DNA from: a bacterium
GTDB taxonomy: Bacteria; Patescibacteriota; Minisyncoccia; Phycocordibacterales; PALSA-1337
Length of the DNA stretch: 62,375 nt
NCBI GenBank assembly: GCA_021782175.1
Contig: JAJXVL010000001.1
Coordinates: 1 to 62,375, forward strand
Direction: 5' to 3'
This document shows positions 8,655-18,055 of this stretch, piece by piece. The translations under genes and the position numbers were made by a program. Each line of letters starts with the position of its first letter. Position 1 is the stretch's first letter. The notes under the pieces were generated by a model, which saw only the letters and a list, made by a program, of their open reading frames with translations, had not been told where the DNA came from and did not search any database.

Positions 8655-9856
8655 TGACCGTTGTTGTTTTCATCATTGTCCTGGCGGTTTTGATTTTTGT
8701 GCATGAGCTGGGGCATTTCCTGGTGGCCAAAGCGAGCGGCATTGCCGTAGAGAGTTTTGCTATCGGCTTTGGTCCCAAGATTTGGTCTTGGCGCCGCGGG
8801 GAAGTCGAATATCGTATCAACTGGCTGCCGCTCGGCGGCTATGTCAAAATCGCCGGCGAAATGCCGGAGGAAAATCTGAGAAGCCTCAGCGATGATAACA
8901 GCTCCGAAACTACCTCGATTGCGGAAACCGCGACGCCGGTACAGACTCATGACCCCAAAAGACTTTTTTGTAATCAACCGCGTTTGAAGCAGGCCCTCGT
9001 CCTGTCGGCGGGTATTTTCTTCAATTTCCTTTTCGCCTGGCTCATATATAGCTGTGTCTTTACGGCCGGCGTTACAGCCTCGACGGCTGGTTTCGAATCA
9101 TACGCGGATCATCTGAGTAACCCGCGAGTGATGGTCACTTATATTTTTCCGGATTCTGTGGCGGCCAAGGCCGGGCTCCAAGCCGGAGATATTGTCGAGG
9201 CAGTGAGCAATCAAGTCAGCACCGCCAATACGCCTGGCCAAGTCTCGATGACGACCACGGTGACCTTTGCGCCGACGGTGAATGCCATCCAGTCTCTGGT
9301 CAACAACTCCGCCGGTGGAACAATCAATCTGGAATACCGGCGCGGATCGATCGAGAGAACTGTCGCTCTCAAACCACAAGCTGGCCTGTTCACTCCGGGC
9401 AAATACGCTATCGGTGTCGGCATGGATAGCGTGGCTGATCTGCGTTTGCCACCACTCCTGGCTGTGGACGAAGGTTTCCGCTACACCGTGACTATTATCC
9501 GGGAAACTGTTATCGGTCTGTATTCCTTGGTGGCCAATATTTTTCACGGTACTCCAGACTGGAATGAAGTGGCCGGTCCGGTCGGTATTGCCGGCATTGT
9601 CGGCAATGCCGCGGCTCTGGGTTGGTCCTACCTAGCGATGATTACAGCTATCATTTCGATCAACCTAGGCGTAGTCAATCTGATACCATTTCCGGCCCTG
9701 GATGGTGGAAGACTTTTCATCCTCGGTTTGGAAAGTTTGGCTCGAAGGTCTCTGCCGGCCAAACTGACCAACTATATCAATATGATTGGCTTCTTCCTGC
9801 TCATGATCTTGATGATCTTCCTGACCTGGCGTGATATTGCCAAGTTGATAAAATAA
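8654..9856 (+). CDS. rseP: RIP site-2 metalloprotease RseP/M50 family
   Basis: It has an HELGHF zinc motif in the first TM helix, a central PDZ-like region, and a C-terminal LPFPALDGG motif. Confidence 0.88.
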   Translation: MTVVVFIIVLAVLIFVHELGHFLVAKASGIAVESFAIGFGPKIWSWRRGEVEYRINWLPLGGYVKIAGEMPEENLRSLSDDNSSETTSIAETATPVQTHDPKRLFCNQPRLKQALVLSAGIFFNFLFAWLIYSCVFTAGVTASTAGFESYADHLSNPRVMVTYIFPDSVAAKAGLQAGDIVEAVSNQVSTANTPGQVSMTTTVTFAPTVNAIQSLVNNSAGGTINLEYRRGSIERTVALKPQAGLFTPGKYAIGVGMDSVADLRLPPLLAVDEGFRYTVTIIRETVIGLYSLVANIFHGTPDWNEVAGPVGIAGIVGNAAALGWSYLAMITAIISINLGVVNLIPFPALDGGRLFILGLESLARRSLPAKLTNYINMIGFFLLMILMIFLTWRDIAKLIK

Positions 9857-9913
9857 ACTGACAAAACCCTTATTTTTCGTTAACATTCAAGCCAAGCTTA
9901 CCAAGCCAATAAT

Positions 9914-11149
9914 ATGCGCCAAACACAACTTTTTACTCGCACCCGCCGCGAAGCTCCCAAGGACGAAGTAGCCAAGAATGCCGAGCTGCTCATTCGAGCC
10001 GGTTTCATCTACAAGGAGATGGCTGGCGCCTATGCCTATCTGCCGCTCGGTTTGCGAGTCTTGAACAAGATCGTCGGTATTATCAGGGAAGAAATGAATG
10101 CCCTCGGGGGCCAGGAAGTCTTGTTGACCGCTCTGCAGAACCGCCAGGTCTGGGAGACAACGAATCGCTGGAGCGATGAAGTGGTCAACAACTGGTTCAA
10201 AACCAAGCTCAAGAATGGCGCCGAAGTCGGCTTGGCCTTCACTCACGAGGAGGCTTTGACCAATCTGATGCGCGACTATATCCGCTCCTTCCGCGATTTG
10301 CCGGCGGCGGTCTATCAATTCCAGACCAAATTCCGCAACGAAGAACGCGCCAAGAGTGGCATCATGCGCGGTCGCGAATTCCTGATGAAGGATCTCTATT
10401 CCTTCAATGTCGATGAAATCACTCATCAAGCTTTCTATGATCGGGCCAAGCAGGCTTATCTCCGTGTCTTTGACCGGGTGGGTTTGGGCGGTGAGACTTA
10501 TCTCACTTTCGCTAGTGGCGGTTCCTTCTCGAAATATTCGCATGAGTTTCAGACTGTTTCTGAGGCCGGCGAGGATCTCATCTATGTCCATGAAGCCAAG
10601 AGAATCGCTGTGAACAAAGAAGTCCTGAACGATGAAGTCCTGGCCAATCTCGGTCTCAAACGCGAAGAGTTGGTCGAGAAGAAGTCAGTGGAAGTCGGTA
10701 ATATCTTCACCCTGGGTACGCGTTTCTCTGAACCGCTCGGTCTCTCCTACAAGGACGCCGCTGGTGTCTCCAAGCCTGTTTTCATGGGTAGTTATGGTAT
10801 TGGTCCGGGTCGGGTGATGGGTACTATCGTCGAAACGCACACTGATGACAAGGGTATTGTTTGGCCAGAATCAGTGGCACCTTTTGCCGTACATCTCCTG
10901 GCTCTTTTCGATGAAGCCGGGGCCGTGAAGGCCGCCGCGGATACTCTGTATGAGAATCTGACCAAGCAGGGAATCGAAGTACTCTATGATGATCGAGATG
11001 TGGGTGCCGGAGAGAAATTTGGTGATGCCGATCTCATCGGTATTCCGAAGCGTTATGTGCTCTCGGCCAAGACATTGCAAAAAGGTGAAATCGAAATCAA
11101 AGATCGCGCTACAGGGGTAGTCACCATGAAGGCTCTGAGTGATTTGTGA
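9914..11149 (+). CDS. proS: Prolyl-tRNA synthetase (short form without a large editing insertion)
   Basis: It carries the class II motifs FRNEERAKSGIMRGREFLMKDLYSF. 411 aa. Confidence 0.88.
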   Translation: MRQTQLFTRTRREAPKDEVAKNAELLIRAGFIYKEMAGAYAYLPLGLRVLNKIVGIIREEMNALGGQEVLLTALQNRQVWETTNRWSDEVVNNWFKTKLKNGAEVGLAFTHEEALTNLMRDYIRSFRDLPAAVYQFQTKFRNEERAKSGIMRGREFLMKDLYSFNVDEITHQAFYDRAKQAYLRVFDRVGLGGETYLTFASGGSFSKYSHEFQTVSEAGEDLIYVHEAKRIAVNKEVLNDEVLANLGLKREELVEKKSVEVGNIFTLGTRFSEPLGLSYKDAAGVSKPVFMGSYGIGPGRVMGTIVETHTDDKGIVWPESVAPFAVHLLALFDEAGAVKAAADTLYENLTKQGIEVLYDDRDVGAGEKFGDADLIGIPKRYVLSAKTLQKGEIEIKDRATGVVTMKALSDL

Positions 11150-11212
11150 TTGGTTCTGTACTTACCTTTTTCCTCACACATATCTTTCCGTAAGATATAC
11201 CCTGAATACAGT

Positions 11213-11557
11213 CACTTCTCTGTAGAAGCTCTCAACCCAAGCCCCATCCCTAGTAGTTTTTGAGAACCCTGCGGAACTCGCTACGCTCCCGCTCCGCTCA
11301 GACAGTCCTCGGTCTCTCAAAAACTCTAGGAATGGGGCTTGGGGTAGTGACTAACCATATCCATTCCTCTACACCAAGCAACAGTCTCTCTCGTGTGTCT
11401 CATAGCCCAATGCTTCTAGGGCTAACTTGGTTTAATAATATTTCAAGTGAGTTCCCACTAGGTACAACCAGTTCCCCGAGAAACTACTATTGATGTGGCT
11501 AGGTCTGGGTACGCTTAAGTTAAGCGGAGTCCTCACTAAGATTACAGAGTACTCTCC
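11213..11557. repeat. Mosaic nested-palindrome repeat cluster, locus L2. It contains a P hairpin in reverse orientation at 11241-11338, a D right arm, a Q right arm + P right arm, and the tail.
   Basis: It shares modules with 24963-25087, 27911-28035 and 28050-28110, read directly from the sequence. Confidence 0.8.
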
Positions 11558-11636
11558 AAGATGTTGTAATATTACGATATAACTAATTATATCCTGTCAA
11601 TTACGCCTTATTTCCGCTTTGTGTTAATGTACGCCT

Positions 11637-12704
11637 ATGAAATTCAAGGATTATAAGGAAAGGTTTTTCGGTCGTTTCTCTAACGATATTGGTATTGATC
11701 TCGGTACCGCTAATACTCTGGTCTATGTCCGCGGCAAGGGCATTGTCGTCAACGAACCATCCGTCGTGGCTGTCAACGAGAAGACCGGTCAAGTCGTAGC
11801 TGTCGGCGCCGCCGCCAAAGAGATGCTCGGTCGCACTCCGGCGCATATCACGGCTGTCAGACCGTTGGTTGATGGTGTCATTTCTGACTTCGAAGTGACC
11901 GAGGAAATGCTCTCCTACCTCATGAAGCGCGCCGCGGAATTCCTGCCCAAGAAGCCGCTCGGTCCGCGTGTAGTCATCGGTGTACCTTCCGGCGTGACTA
12001 ATGTCGAAGTTCGTGCCGTGCGTGACGCCGCCAAGAATGCCGGTGCCAGGGAAGTCCACATCATCGAACAACCCATGGCCGGAGCCATCGGCATCCGCCT
12101 ACCAGTCCATGAGCCGGTTGGTTCTATGGTTATCGATATCGGCGGCGGCACCACTGATATCGCCGTCATTGCTCTCGGGGGCATTGTTCGATCCAAGAAC
12201 CTCAAGATTGCCGGTGATCGCCTGAACAATGACATCGTTTCCTATATCCGCAACGAATTCAAGATCCTGATCGGTGAGACGACGGCTGAACAAGTCAAAA
12301 TTACCGTCGGCGCGGTCGTGCCAGCTGAGCCTCTGGAGACTACTATTCGTGGCCGCGACCTTATCACTGGTTTGCCGCGAGAAGTTGTCATTACCGACTC
12401 CGATATTCGTGAAGCGATGAGTCAATCGATCGAGACCCTCGTCGAAGCCTCGAAAGAAGTTTTGGAAACTACGCCTCCAGAAATCCTCTCAGATGTCATG
12501 AAGCGCGGTATCTATCTGGTTGGTGGCGGGGCTCTTATCAAAGGTCTGGATGAACTCCTCTCTGATACGCTCAAATTACCGGTAGCTATTGCGGACGACC
12601 CGCTCACGGCGGTCGCTCGTGGTGCTGGCGCTATTCTAGAAGAGTTGGAGCTCTTCCGACCAGTTTTACTCGAAAGCGAAGATGACGTACTTAGCGCCTC
12701 GTAA
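11637..12704 (+). CDS. mreB: Rod-shape determining protein MreB (paralog 2, next to mreC)
   Basis: 355 aa with motifs GIDLGTANT, DIGGGTTD and LVGGGALI. Confidence 0.92.
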   Translation: MKFKDYKERFFGRFSNDIGIDLGTANTLVYVRGKGIVVNEPSVVAVNEKTGQVVAVGAAAKEMLGRTPAHITAVRPLVDGVISDFEVTEEMLSYLMKRAAEFLPKKPLGPRVVIGVPSGVTNVEVRAVRDAAKNAGAREVHIIEQPMAGAIGIRLPVHEPVGSMVIDIGGGTTDIAVIALGGIVRSKNLKIAGDRLNNDIVSYIRNEFKILIGETTAEQVKITVGAVVPAEPLETTIRGRDLITGLPREVVITDSDIREAMSQSIETLVEASKEVLETTPPEILSDVMKRGIYLVGGGALIKGLDELLSDTLKLPVAIADDPLTAVARGAGAILEELELFRPVLLESEDDVLSAS

Positions 12705-13473
12705 CAAAGCCGGCGCTTGGCGCCGTCGTGGCTGGCTTGCCGGCATTGTGGCGGTAGTTTTCTTTGTTTTGGTTTGGCAAGCGCCTTACTTCTGGTCAGG
12801 ATTATTCACTTCCATGGCCGCGCCTTTCTGGCGGGCCGGTTTGGCTTTCGAGAATGGTGATTTGCGTTCACCCACTTCGCTCCTAGCCGAGAATGAAATG
12901 CTCAAACTGAAACTAGCCAATCTAGAATTGACTTTGGCTAGTTCCACAACCGAATTGTTGATCCAACAGAATCAGGATTTGCTCACCTTGCTCGGTCGCG
13001 CTACCACTACACGCTCGATCTATACGGCCGCCGCGGTCCTCGTACGGCCGCCAGCCACACCCTATGATGAAATGATTATTGACTTGGGCCAGGATGATGG
13101 AGTCAGTACGAGCACCAATGTCTATGCCCCGGGACAAGTTCTGATCGGACAAGTTGCCGAGGTCTGGCGTCATACAGCGCGCGTTTCTTTGTTCTCCTCG
13201 CCCGGACGCTCCTTCAATGTTCTCGTGGGACCAGATCGGGTACCAGCCACGGCTGTCGGTGAAGGTGGCGGAGAGTATCGAGCTCAAGTTCCTCATGGCA
13301 CCACTCTAGTGCCGGGCGACATCGTGACTGAGCCGGCTCTACATGATCGCGCTTTTGGTACCGTGGTTTCGGTGAATACCAATTCGGCTAACCCTTTTGA
13401 TGATGTCTTGCTGGCGCCGCCAGTCAATATTGATCAGCTGCGCTTCGTCCTCTTGAATCTGCAGAAGAAATAG
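12682..13473 (+). CDS. mreC: Rod-shape determining protein MreC
   Basis: It has an N-terminal TM helix, a coiled-coil segment and a beta-rich C-terminal region, and it lies immediately after mreB. Confidence 0.7.
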   Translation: MTYLAPRNKAGAWRRRGWLAGIVAVVFFVLVWQAPYFWSGLFTSMAAPFWRAGLAFENGDLRSPTSLLAENEMLKLKLANLELTLASSTTELLIQQNQDLLTLLGRATTTRSIYTAAAVLVRPPATPYDEMIIDLGQDDGVSTSTNVYAPGQVLIGQVAEVWRHTARVSLFSSPGRSFNVLVGPDRVPATAVGEGGGEYRAQVPHGTTLVPGDIVTEPALHDRAFGTVVSVNTNSANPFDDVLLAPPVNIDQLRFVLLNLQKK

Positions 13474-13478
13474 AATCT

Positions 13479-13745
13479 ATGTCTCGAAATCATCTCCTCA
13501 TCCGTTTACTTTTTGATTGTGTCGTCTTGATCAGTGTTTTGTTTGGCTGGTGGCCGGTCGCACTCATCGTCGGTTTTGTCGGGGCCTGGTTCTTCCCGGC
13601 CTATCTGGAATTCTTGGCAGCCGGCTTCTTGTATGATGCCTTGTTCGGCTTGAATAGCAGTCAGTTTATGTTCGGCTTGGCCGGCACTCTTACTACCGCG
13701 GTTTTGCTCGCGATCTTGCGACCGCTCAAACTCTTGGTTCGTTGA
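13479..13745 (+). CDS. Small multi-TM membrane protein in the mreD position
   Basis: 88 aa and very hydrophobic. The call rests on synteny after mreBC only. Confidence 0.35.
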   Translation: MSRNHLLIRLLFDCVVLISVLFGWWPVALIVGFVGAWFFPAYLEFLAAGFLYDALFGLNSSQFMFGLAGTLTTAVLLAILRPLKLLVR

Positions 13746-14979
13746 GAGTTTTGGTTCCTTGGGCTTTGAGCTCGGTAGCTGACAGAGTAGGGTGGTCATA
13801 CCAAGCCGCCGCCAAGGCAATCATCAGAGCATTGTCACCAGTGATTTGGTGATCCGGTAGGAAAACAGGTATGCCAAGTTTGGCGGCAGTGATCACAAGT
13901 CTATTACGGATCCGAGTATTAGCCGAAACACCGCCGCCCAGGATGATTGTTCTGGCTCCAGTCACTTCTATAGCTCTGGATAGTTTGCTTGCCAATACTT
14001 CGGTGACAGCCAGTTCAAATTCCAAGGCCAAGGCTTTTTTGAAATCTTCAGACATCAAGCCTTTTGTGTCGAGGGGTGCTTCTCGCACAGCATAGAGTAC
14101 AGCTGTTTTCAGACCAGAAAAAGAGAAGTCACAATCTTCGCTATGGATCATAGGGCGTGGCAGTTTGACTGGACTCTCCAGGCCCAGATCTTCGGCCTGA
14201 CGAGCCCAGAGAGAAAGATGCGGTCCGCCTGGATATGGCAGACCAAGCAGGCGTGCCGCCTTGTCGAAAGCTTCACCGACGGCATCATCACGAGTTTGAC
14301 CAATGATCTGATACTGACCCGGACTGTTTACGGTGACTAGTTCCGTATGTCCGCCGCTTATGAGCAAGGCTATCGCTGGCCACTCTGGTACAGCCAGCTT
14401 CTGCCAAGTAGTGGCTCGGATCTTGTCTGACCACAAGGAACCGACGATATGACCTTCCATATGGTTGATCGGTACGACGGGGCACTGCCAGAGTTCTGAG
14501 AGCAGACGTGCGAAGTTGATTCCCACCCACAAGGCCGGTTCTAGACCGGGTCCCTCGGTGACGGCAATCAGCTCAATCGGCCAAATTTTTTCTTTCAGGA
14601 AATGAGCCGCGGCAAAAGTTTCGAACAATTCTGGATTTTGCGGCGACACCTCGGAGCGGTTCATGTCTATGGTGTCTTGGAAATTTTTGGCCAGATCAGC
14701 CAGTACTTGTTTCTCGATTGATTCCTTGTTTTCTGTTTCAGGCCAACCAGCCTCAGAGGCTTTGAGGAACAATTGATGCAAGAGTGGCACTAGATTGTGT
14801 CCGTGCTCGCGTTTGGCAAGCGATGGGTAGACCCCGCCATAGGCTGAGTGCAGATCAGCTTGGGAATGTACCAACGAAGCCAAGACACGGCATTCCGGCT
14901 GGCCTTGTTGGTCTAGACGCTTCTCAATCAGAGCCAAAGCGGTCTCGTCGCATGATGTTTCAATACCTAAAATAATCAT
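13726..14979 (-). CDS. tsaD: tRNA N6-adenosine threonylcarbamoyltransferase TsaD (Kae1 family) with an internal insertion
   Basis: It has GIETSCDET at the N-terminus and an HMEGH motif. It is 417 aa, against roughly 340 aa for typical TsaD. Confidence 0.88.
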   Translation of the reverse strand: MIILGIETSCDETALALIEKRLDQQGQPECRVLASLVHSQADLHSAYGGVYPSLAKREHGHNLVPLLHQLFLKASEAGWPETENKESIEKQVLADLAKNFQDTIDMNRSEVSPQNPELFETFAAAHFLKEKIWPIELIAVTEGPGLEPALWVGINFARLLSELWQCPVVPINHMEGHIVGSLWSDKIRATTWQKLAVPEWPAIALLISGGHTELVTVNSPGQYQIIGQTRDDAVGEAFDKAARLLGLPYPGGPHLSLWARQAEDLGLESPVKLPRPMIHSEDCDFSFSGLKTAVLYAVREAPLDTKGLMSEDFKKALALEFELAVTEVLASKLSRAIEVTGARTIILGGGVSANTRIRNRLVITAAKLGIPVFLPDHQITGDNALMIALAAAWYDHPTLSATELKAQGTKTLNEPRV

Positions 14980-15012
14980 AATGATGCTAGCTGTTCAGAG
15001 GTTTTTCTGCTC

Positions 15013-15041
15013 TTGACGATTTGTTGCATATATTATAATAT
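15013..15041 (+). promoter_or_regulatory. Sigma70-like promoter candidate (TTGACG, 15-17 nt spacer, TATAAT/TAATAT)
   Basis: The hexamers were read in the AT-rich spacer upstream of the 15130 ORF. Confidence 0.4.
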
Positions 15042-15129
15042 CTGAAAAACCTTTCGAGGGCAATGTTTTCTAGGAAATAATTACCATTTCATCCATAGGT
15101 TCATAGGGTAGTGTGTAATTTAAGAAAAT

Positions 15130-15588
15130 ATGTCAAATATCATGACCAAAAATCGTCTAATCACCGCGGCTGTCGGTATCGCCACATTCCTCACTGTTAC
15201 GGCTGCTTTGCCACTCACGGCCTTGGCCTGGTGCAGCAACTACGGTTACAACTGTGACCAAAACGCTCAACCGACTTCCTACAGGACTTATTATCCCAAT
15301 GGTTATTCCTATACTTTTTATCAGCCGGGGGTAGCTTCGGGCGGACAGTTTACGCCGACGCCTTATGTGCCGACACCACCAGTCTGGTCTCTGCCGCCGA
15401 GTTATACCTACAACAATAACAACGGCTATTATTACCAGCCGGGCAGCTACTATTATCAGCAGCCGACTTATCAGCCGCCTGTTTACAATCAGCAACCGGG
15501 AAACGGTTATTACTACCAGCAACCGACCTATCCTCAACCGAACTATACCGTACCGACGACAGGCTATATTCCTCGTTACGCCTACTAA
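15130..15588 (+). CDS. Secreted Tyr/Gln/Pro/Asn-rich low-complexity protein
   Basis: It has a signal-peptide-like N-terminus (AAVGIATFLTVTAALPLTALA) followed by GYYYQQPTY-type repeats. Confidence 0.6.
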   Translation: MSNIMTKNRLITAAVGIATFLTVTAALPLTALAWCSNYGYNCDQNAQPTSYRTYYPNGYSYTFYQPGVASGGQFTPTPYVPTPPVWSLPPSYTYNNNNGYYYQPGSYYYQQPTYQPPVYNQQPGNGYYYQQPTYPQPNYTVPTTGYIPRYAY

Positions 15589-15690
15589 AGTTTCCCTTAA
15601 GCTCAATAATGGTTTGATGAGCCGAGACTATTTGGTCCAGTTTCTTTTTGCACGTGTTTGTGCGTGAAAAAAGCTCTTTTTTCTGCTAGG

Positions 15691-17952
15691 ATGATGCCCA
15701 TGGCCGATAATCTCAAACCGGTGCCAGGCTTGCCTGACAAATTCCTCAAACCGTACGACTCTGTCGGTACGGAGGATCGTGTTTATGAAGCTTGGGAAAA
15801 GAGTGGTTTTTTCAACCCCGACAATCTGAAGTTGCCTTCAGATGCCAAACCTTTTTCGATGGTTTTGCCGCCACCAAATGTGACGGGACAATTGCATATG
15901 GGTTCAGCCATGATGCTGGCCATCGAAGACGTTCTGACCCGCTACAAGCGCCTGAGAGGTTATCGTGCTCTCTGGCTTCCGGGCACGGACCATGCGGCTA
16001 TCGCCACCCAAGTAGTAGTAGAGAAGAAAATCCAGAAAGAAGAGGGTAAATCAAGATATGATCTCGGTCGTGAAGAACTCCTGCGGCGCATCGGCACTCA
16101 TGTCTCCGAGACTCACGATGTCATCATCAAACAGATGCGCAAAATGGGCGCTTCTCTGGACTGGTCGCGTGAAGCTTTTACCCTCGATGAGCCGCGCAAT
16201 CTGGCGGTGCGTACCGCCTTCAAGCGCATGTATGATGATGGACTGATCTATCGGGGTTATCGCGTCGTCAACTGGGACCCCAAGGGCCAGACGACTATTT
16301 CGGATGACGAGATCGAATACGAGACCAGGAAAACCAAACTTTATACTTTCAAATACGCGGCTCATATTCCTATCTCTATTTCCACCACGCGCCCGGAAAC
16401 GAAACTCGGTGACACAGCTATCGCTGTTCATCCGGATGACCCGCGTTACCAGGCTCTGATCGGCCAGGAATTCGAAGCGACTTTTGCCGGTGAGCCTATC
16501 AAACTCAAAGTCATCGCTGATCAAGCGGTAGAAAAAGACTTTGGTACCGGCGCACTCGGAGTGACACCGGCACACTCAATGATCGATTGGGAAATGGCTG
16601 AGCGTCACCATTTGCCGCTCAAACCAGTCATCAATGAATACGGCAAGATGATTGTCGGTCAGGAAGGCGTGCGGGACAAGAAAACCACCGAAGCGCGCGA
16701 GGCAGTGGTGGCCTGGCTCAAAGAGAATGGTTTGTTGGAGAAAGAAGAGGAGATCGAGCACAATGTCAGCCTGGCGCAACGCACCGGCGGTCTGATCGAA
16801 CCCTTGCCCAAGTTGCAGTGGTTTGTGGCTGTCAACAAACCCTTCAAGCTCAAACATTCCTCTATTCCAGGCCTAGTGGCTGGTACAGAGACCACGCTCA
16901 AAGAGATGATGAAGCTGGCCGTCGCCAGTGGTGAGACCAGCATCATTCCCGATCGTTTCCAGAAAATTTACTTCAATTGGATCGAAAATCTGCGTGATTG
17001 GTGCGTGTCACGGCAAATCTGGTACGGTCATCGCGTGCCTGTCTGGTATCGTGGCCAAGAAGTTCATTGCGACCTTATAGCGCCGGATGGAGAAGGTTGG
17101 CGCCAGGATGAAGATACTCTGGATACTTGGTTCTCTTCTGGTCTATGGACTTTCTCGACTTTGGGTTGGCCTGATGAAGCGGCTTTTGAAAAGATGCGTC
17201 AATATCATCCGACGACGGTACTGGAGACTGGTTCAGACTTGATCTTCTTCTGGGTGGCCCGCATGATCCTCATGACCACTTATCTCCTCGGGGAAGTGCC
17301 TTTCCGCACGGTCTATATGCACGGTCTGGTGCGTGATAACAAGGGCCGCAAGATCAGCAAATCACTCGGTAACAATATCGATCCGCTCGATATGATTGCC
17401 AAATATGGTGCTGACGCCGTGCGCATGTCGCTCATAGTCGGAGTTGGCCCTGGCTCGGAAAGCAAGATCGATGAACAGAAAATCAAAGCTTATAAGCTTT
17501 TTGCCAACAAAATCTGGAATATCACTCGTTTCATTCTGACCAATACGGCTGATTTCAAAAAGGCTCAGTCACCAGTTATTGATTGGAGAAATATTGAGAA
17601 TCAGGAAGCTTATCCATCTCGAAAGATTCATTTGGCTTGGCTCCAAGAATTCGAGAGCACTCTACAGGACATTACCACAGACATGGAAAACTTCCGTTTC
17701 TACCTGGCGGCGGAGAAACTATACCACTATACTTGGCACACCTTGGCAGACAAGATTCTCGAAGAGTCCAAACCAATGTTTAGCTCGAATAATCCTCTCG
17801 AAAAGGCCGCCACCCAAGATTTGTTGTTGTCTATCCTGACTAGACTAACGATCGCATTACACCCCTTCATGCCGTTTATAACGGAAGAAATCTGGTCAGC
17901 TCTGCCAGGAAATGATCAAAGCCTGCTCATGGTCCAGCATTGGCCGGAATAG
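15691..17952 (+). CDS. valS: Valyl-tRNA synthetase (no long C-terminal coiled coil)
   Basis: It has a class I HMGS (HIGH-type) motif and a KISKS (KMSKS-type) motif. The start was chosen among ATGs at 15691/15694/15700. Confidence 0.9.
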   Translation: MMPMADNLKPVPGLPDKFLKPYDSVGTEDRVYEAWEKSGFFNPDNLKLPSDAKPFSMVLPPPNVTGQLHMGSAMMLAIEDVLTRYKRLRGYRALWLPGTDHAAIATQVVVEKKIQKEEGKSRYDLGREELLRRIGTHVSETHDVIIKQMRKMGASLDWSREAFTLDEPRNLAVRTAFKRMYDDGLIYRGYRVVNWDPKGQTTISDDEIEYETRKTKLYTFKYAAHIPISISTTRPETKLGDTAIAVHPDDPRYQALIGQEFEATFAGEPIKLKVIADQAVEKDFGTGALGVTPAHSMIDWEMAERHHLPLKPVINEYGKMIVGQEGVRDKKTTEAREAVVAWLKENGLLEKEEEIEHNVSLAQRTGGLIEPLPKLQWFVAVNKPFKLKHSSIPGLVAGTETTLKEMMKLAVASGETSIIPDRFQKIYFNWIENLRDWCVSRQIWYGHRVPVWYRGQEVHCDLIAPDGEGWRQDEDTLDTWFSSGLWTFSTLGWPDEAAFEKMRQYHPTTVLETGSDLIFFWVARMILMTTYLLGEVPFRTVYMHGLVRDNKGRKISKSLGNNIDPLDMIAKYGADAVRMSLIVGVGPGSESKIDEQKIKAYKLFANKIWNITRFILTNTADFKKAQSPVIDWRNIENQEAYPSRKIHLAWLQEFESTLQDITTDMENFRFYLAAEKLYHYTWHTLADKILEESKPMFSSNNPLEKAATQDLLLSILTRLTIALHPFMPFITEEIWSALPGNDQSLLMVQHWPE

Positions 17953-18055
17953 GAATGAAGCTTTATCCACAAGGGCTTGGCCGCCAGAGAGCGAACTGGA
18001 GTATAATAAACGGCAAGAACATTGTTTCTGGCTATTATCAACATTCCTCTCCAAT

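Noticed and set aside
17963-17971. A perfect DnaA box, TTATCCACA, in the valS downstream spacer. One-mismatch boxes occur near 27242 (upstream of dnaB), 5685 and 61281.
   Set aside because: These are isolated single boxes with no cluster, no adjacent AT-rich unwinding element and no dnaA/dnaN context. That is not enough to call an origin.
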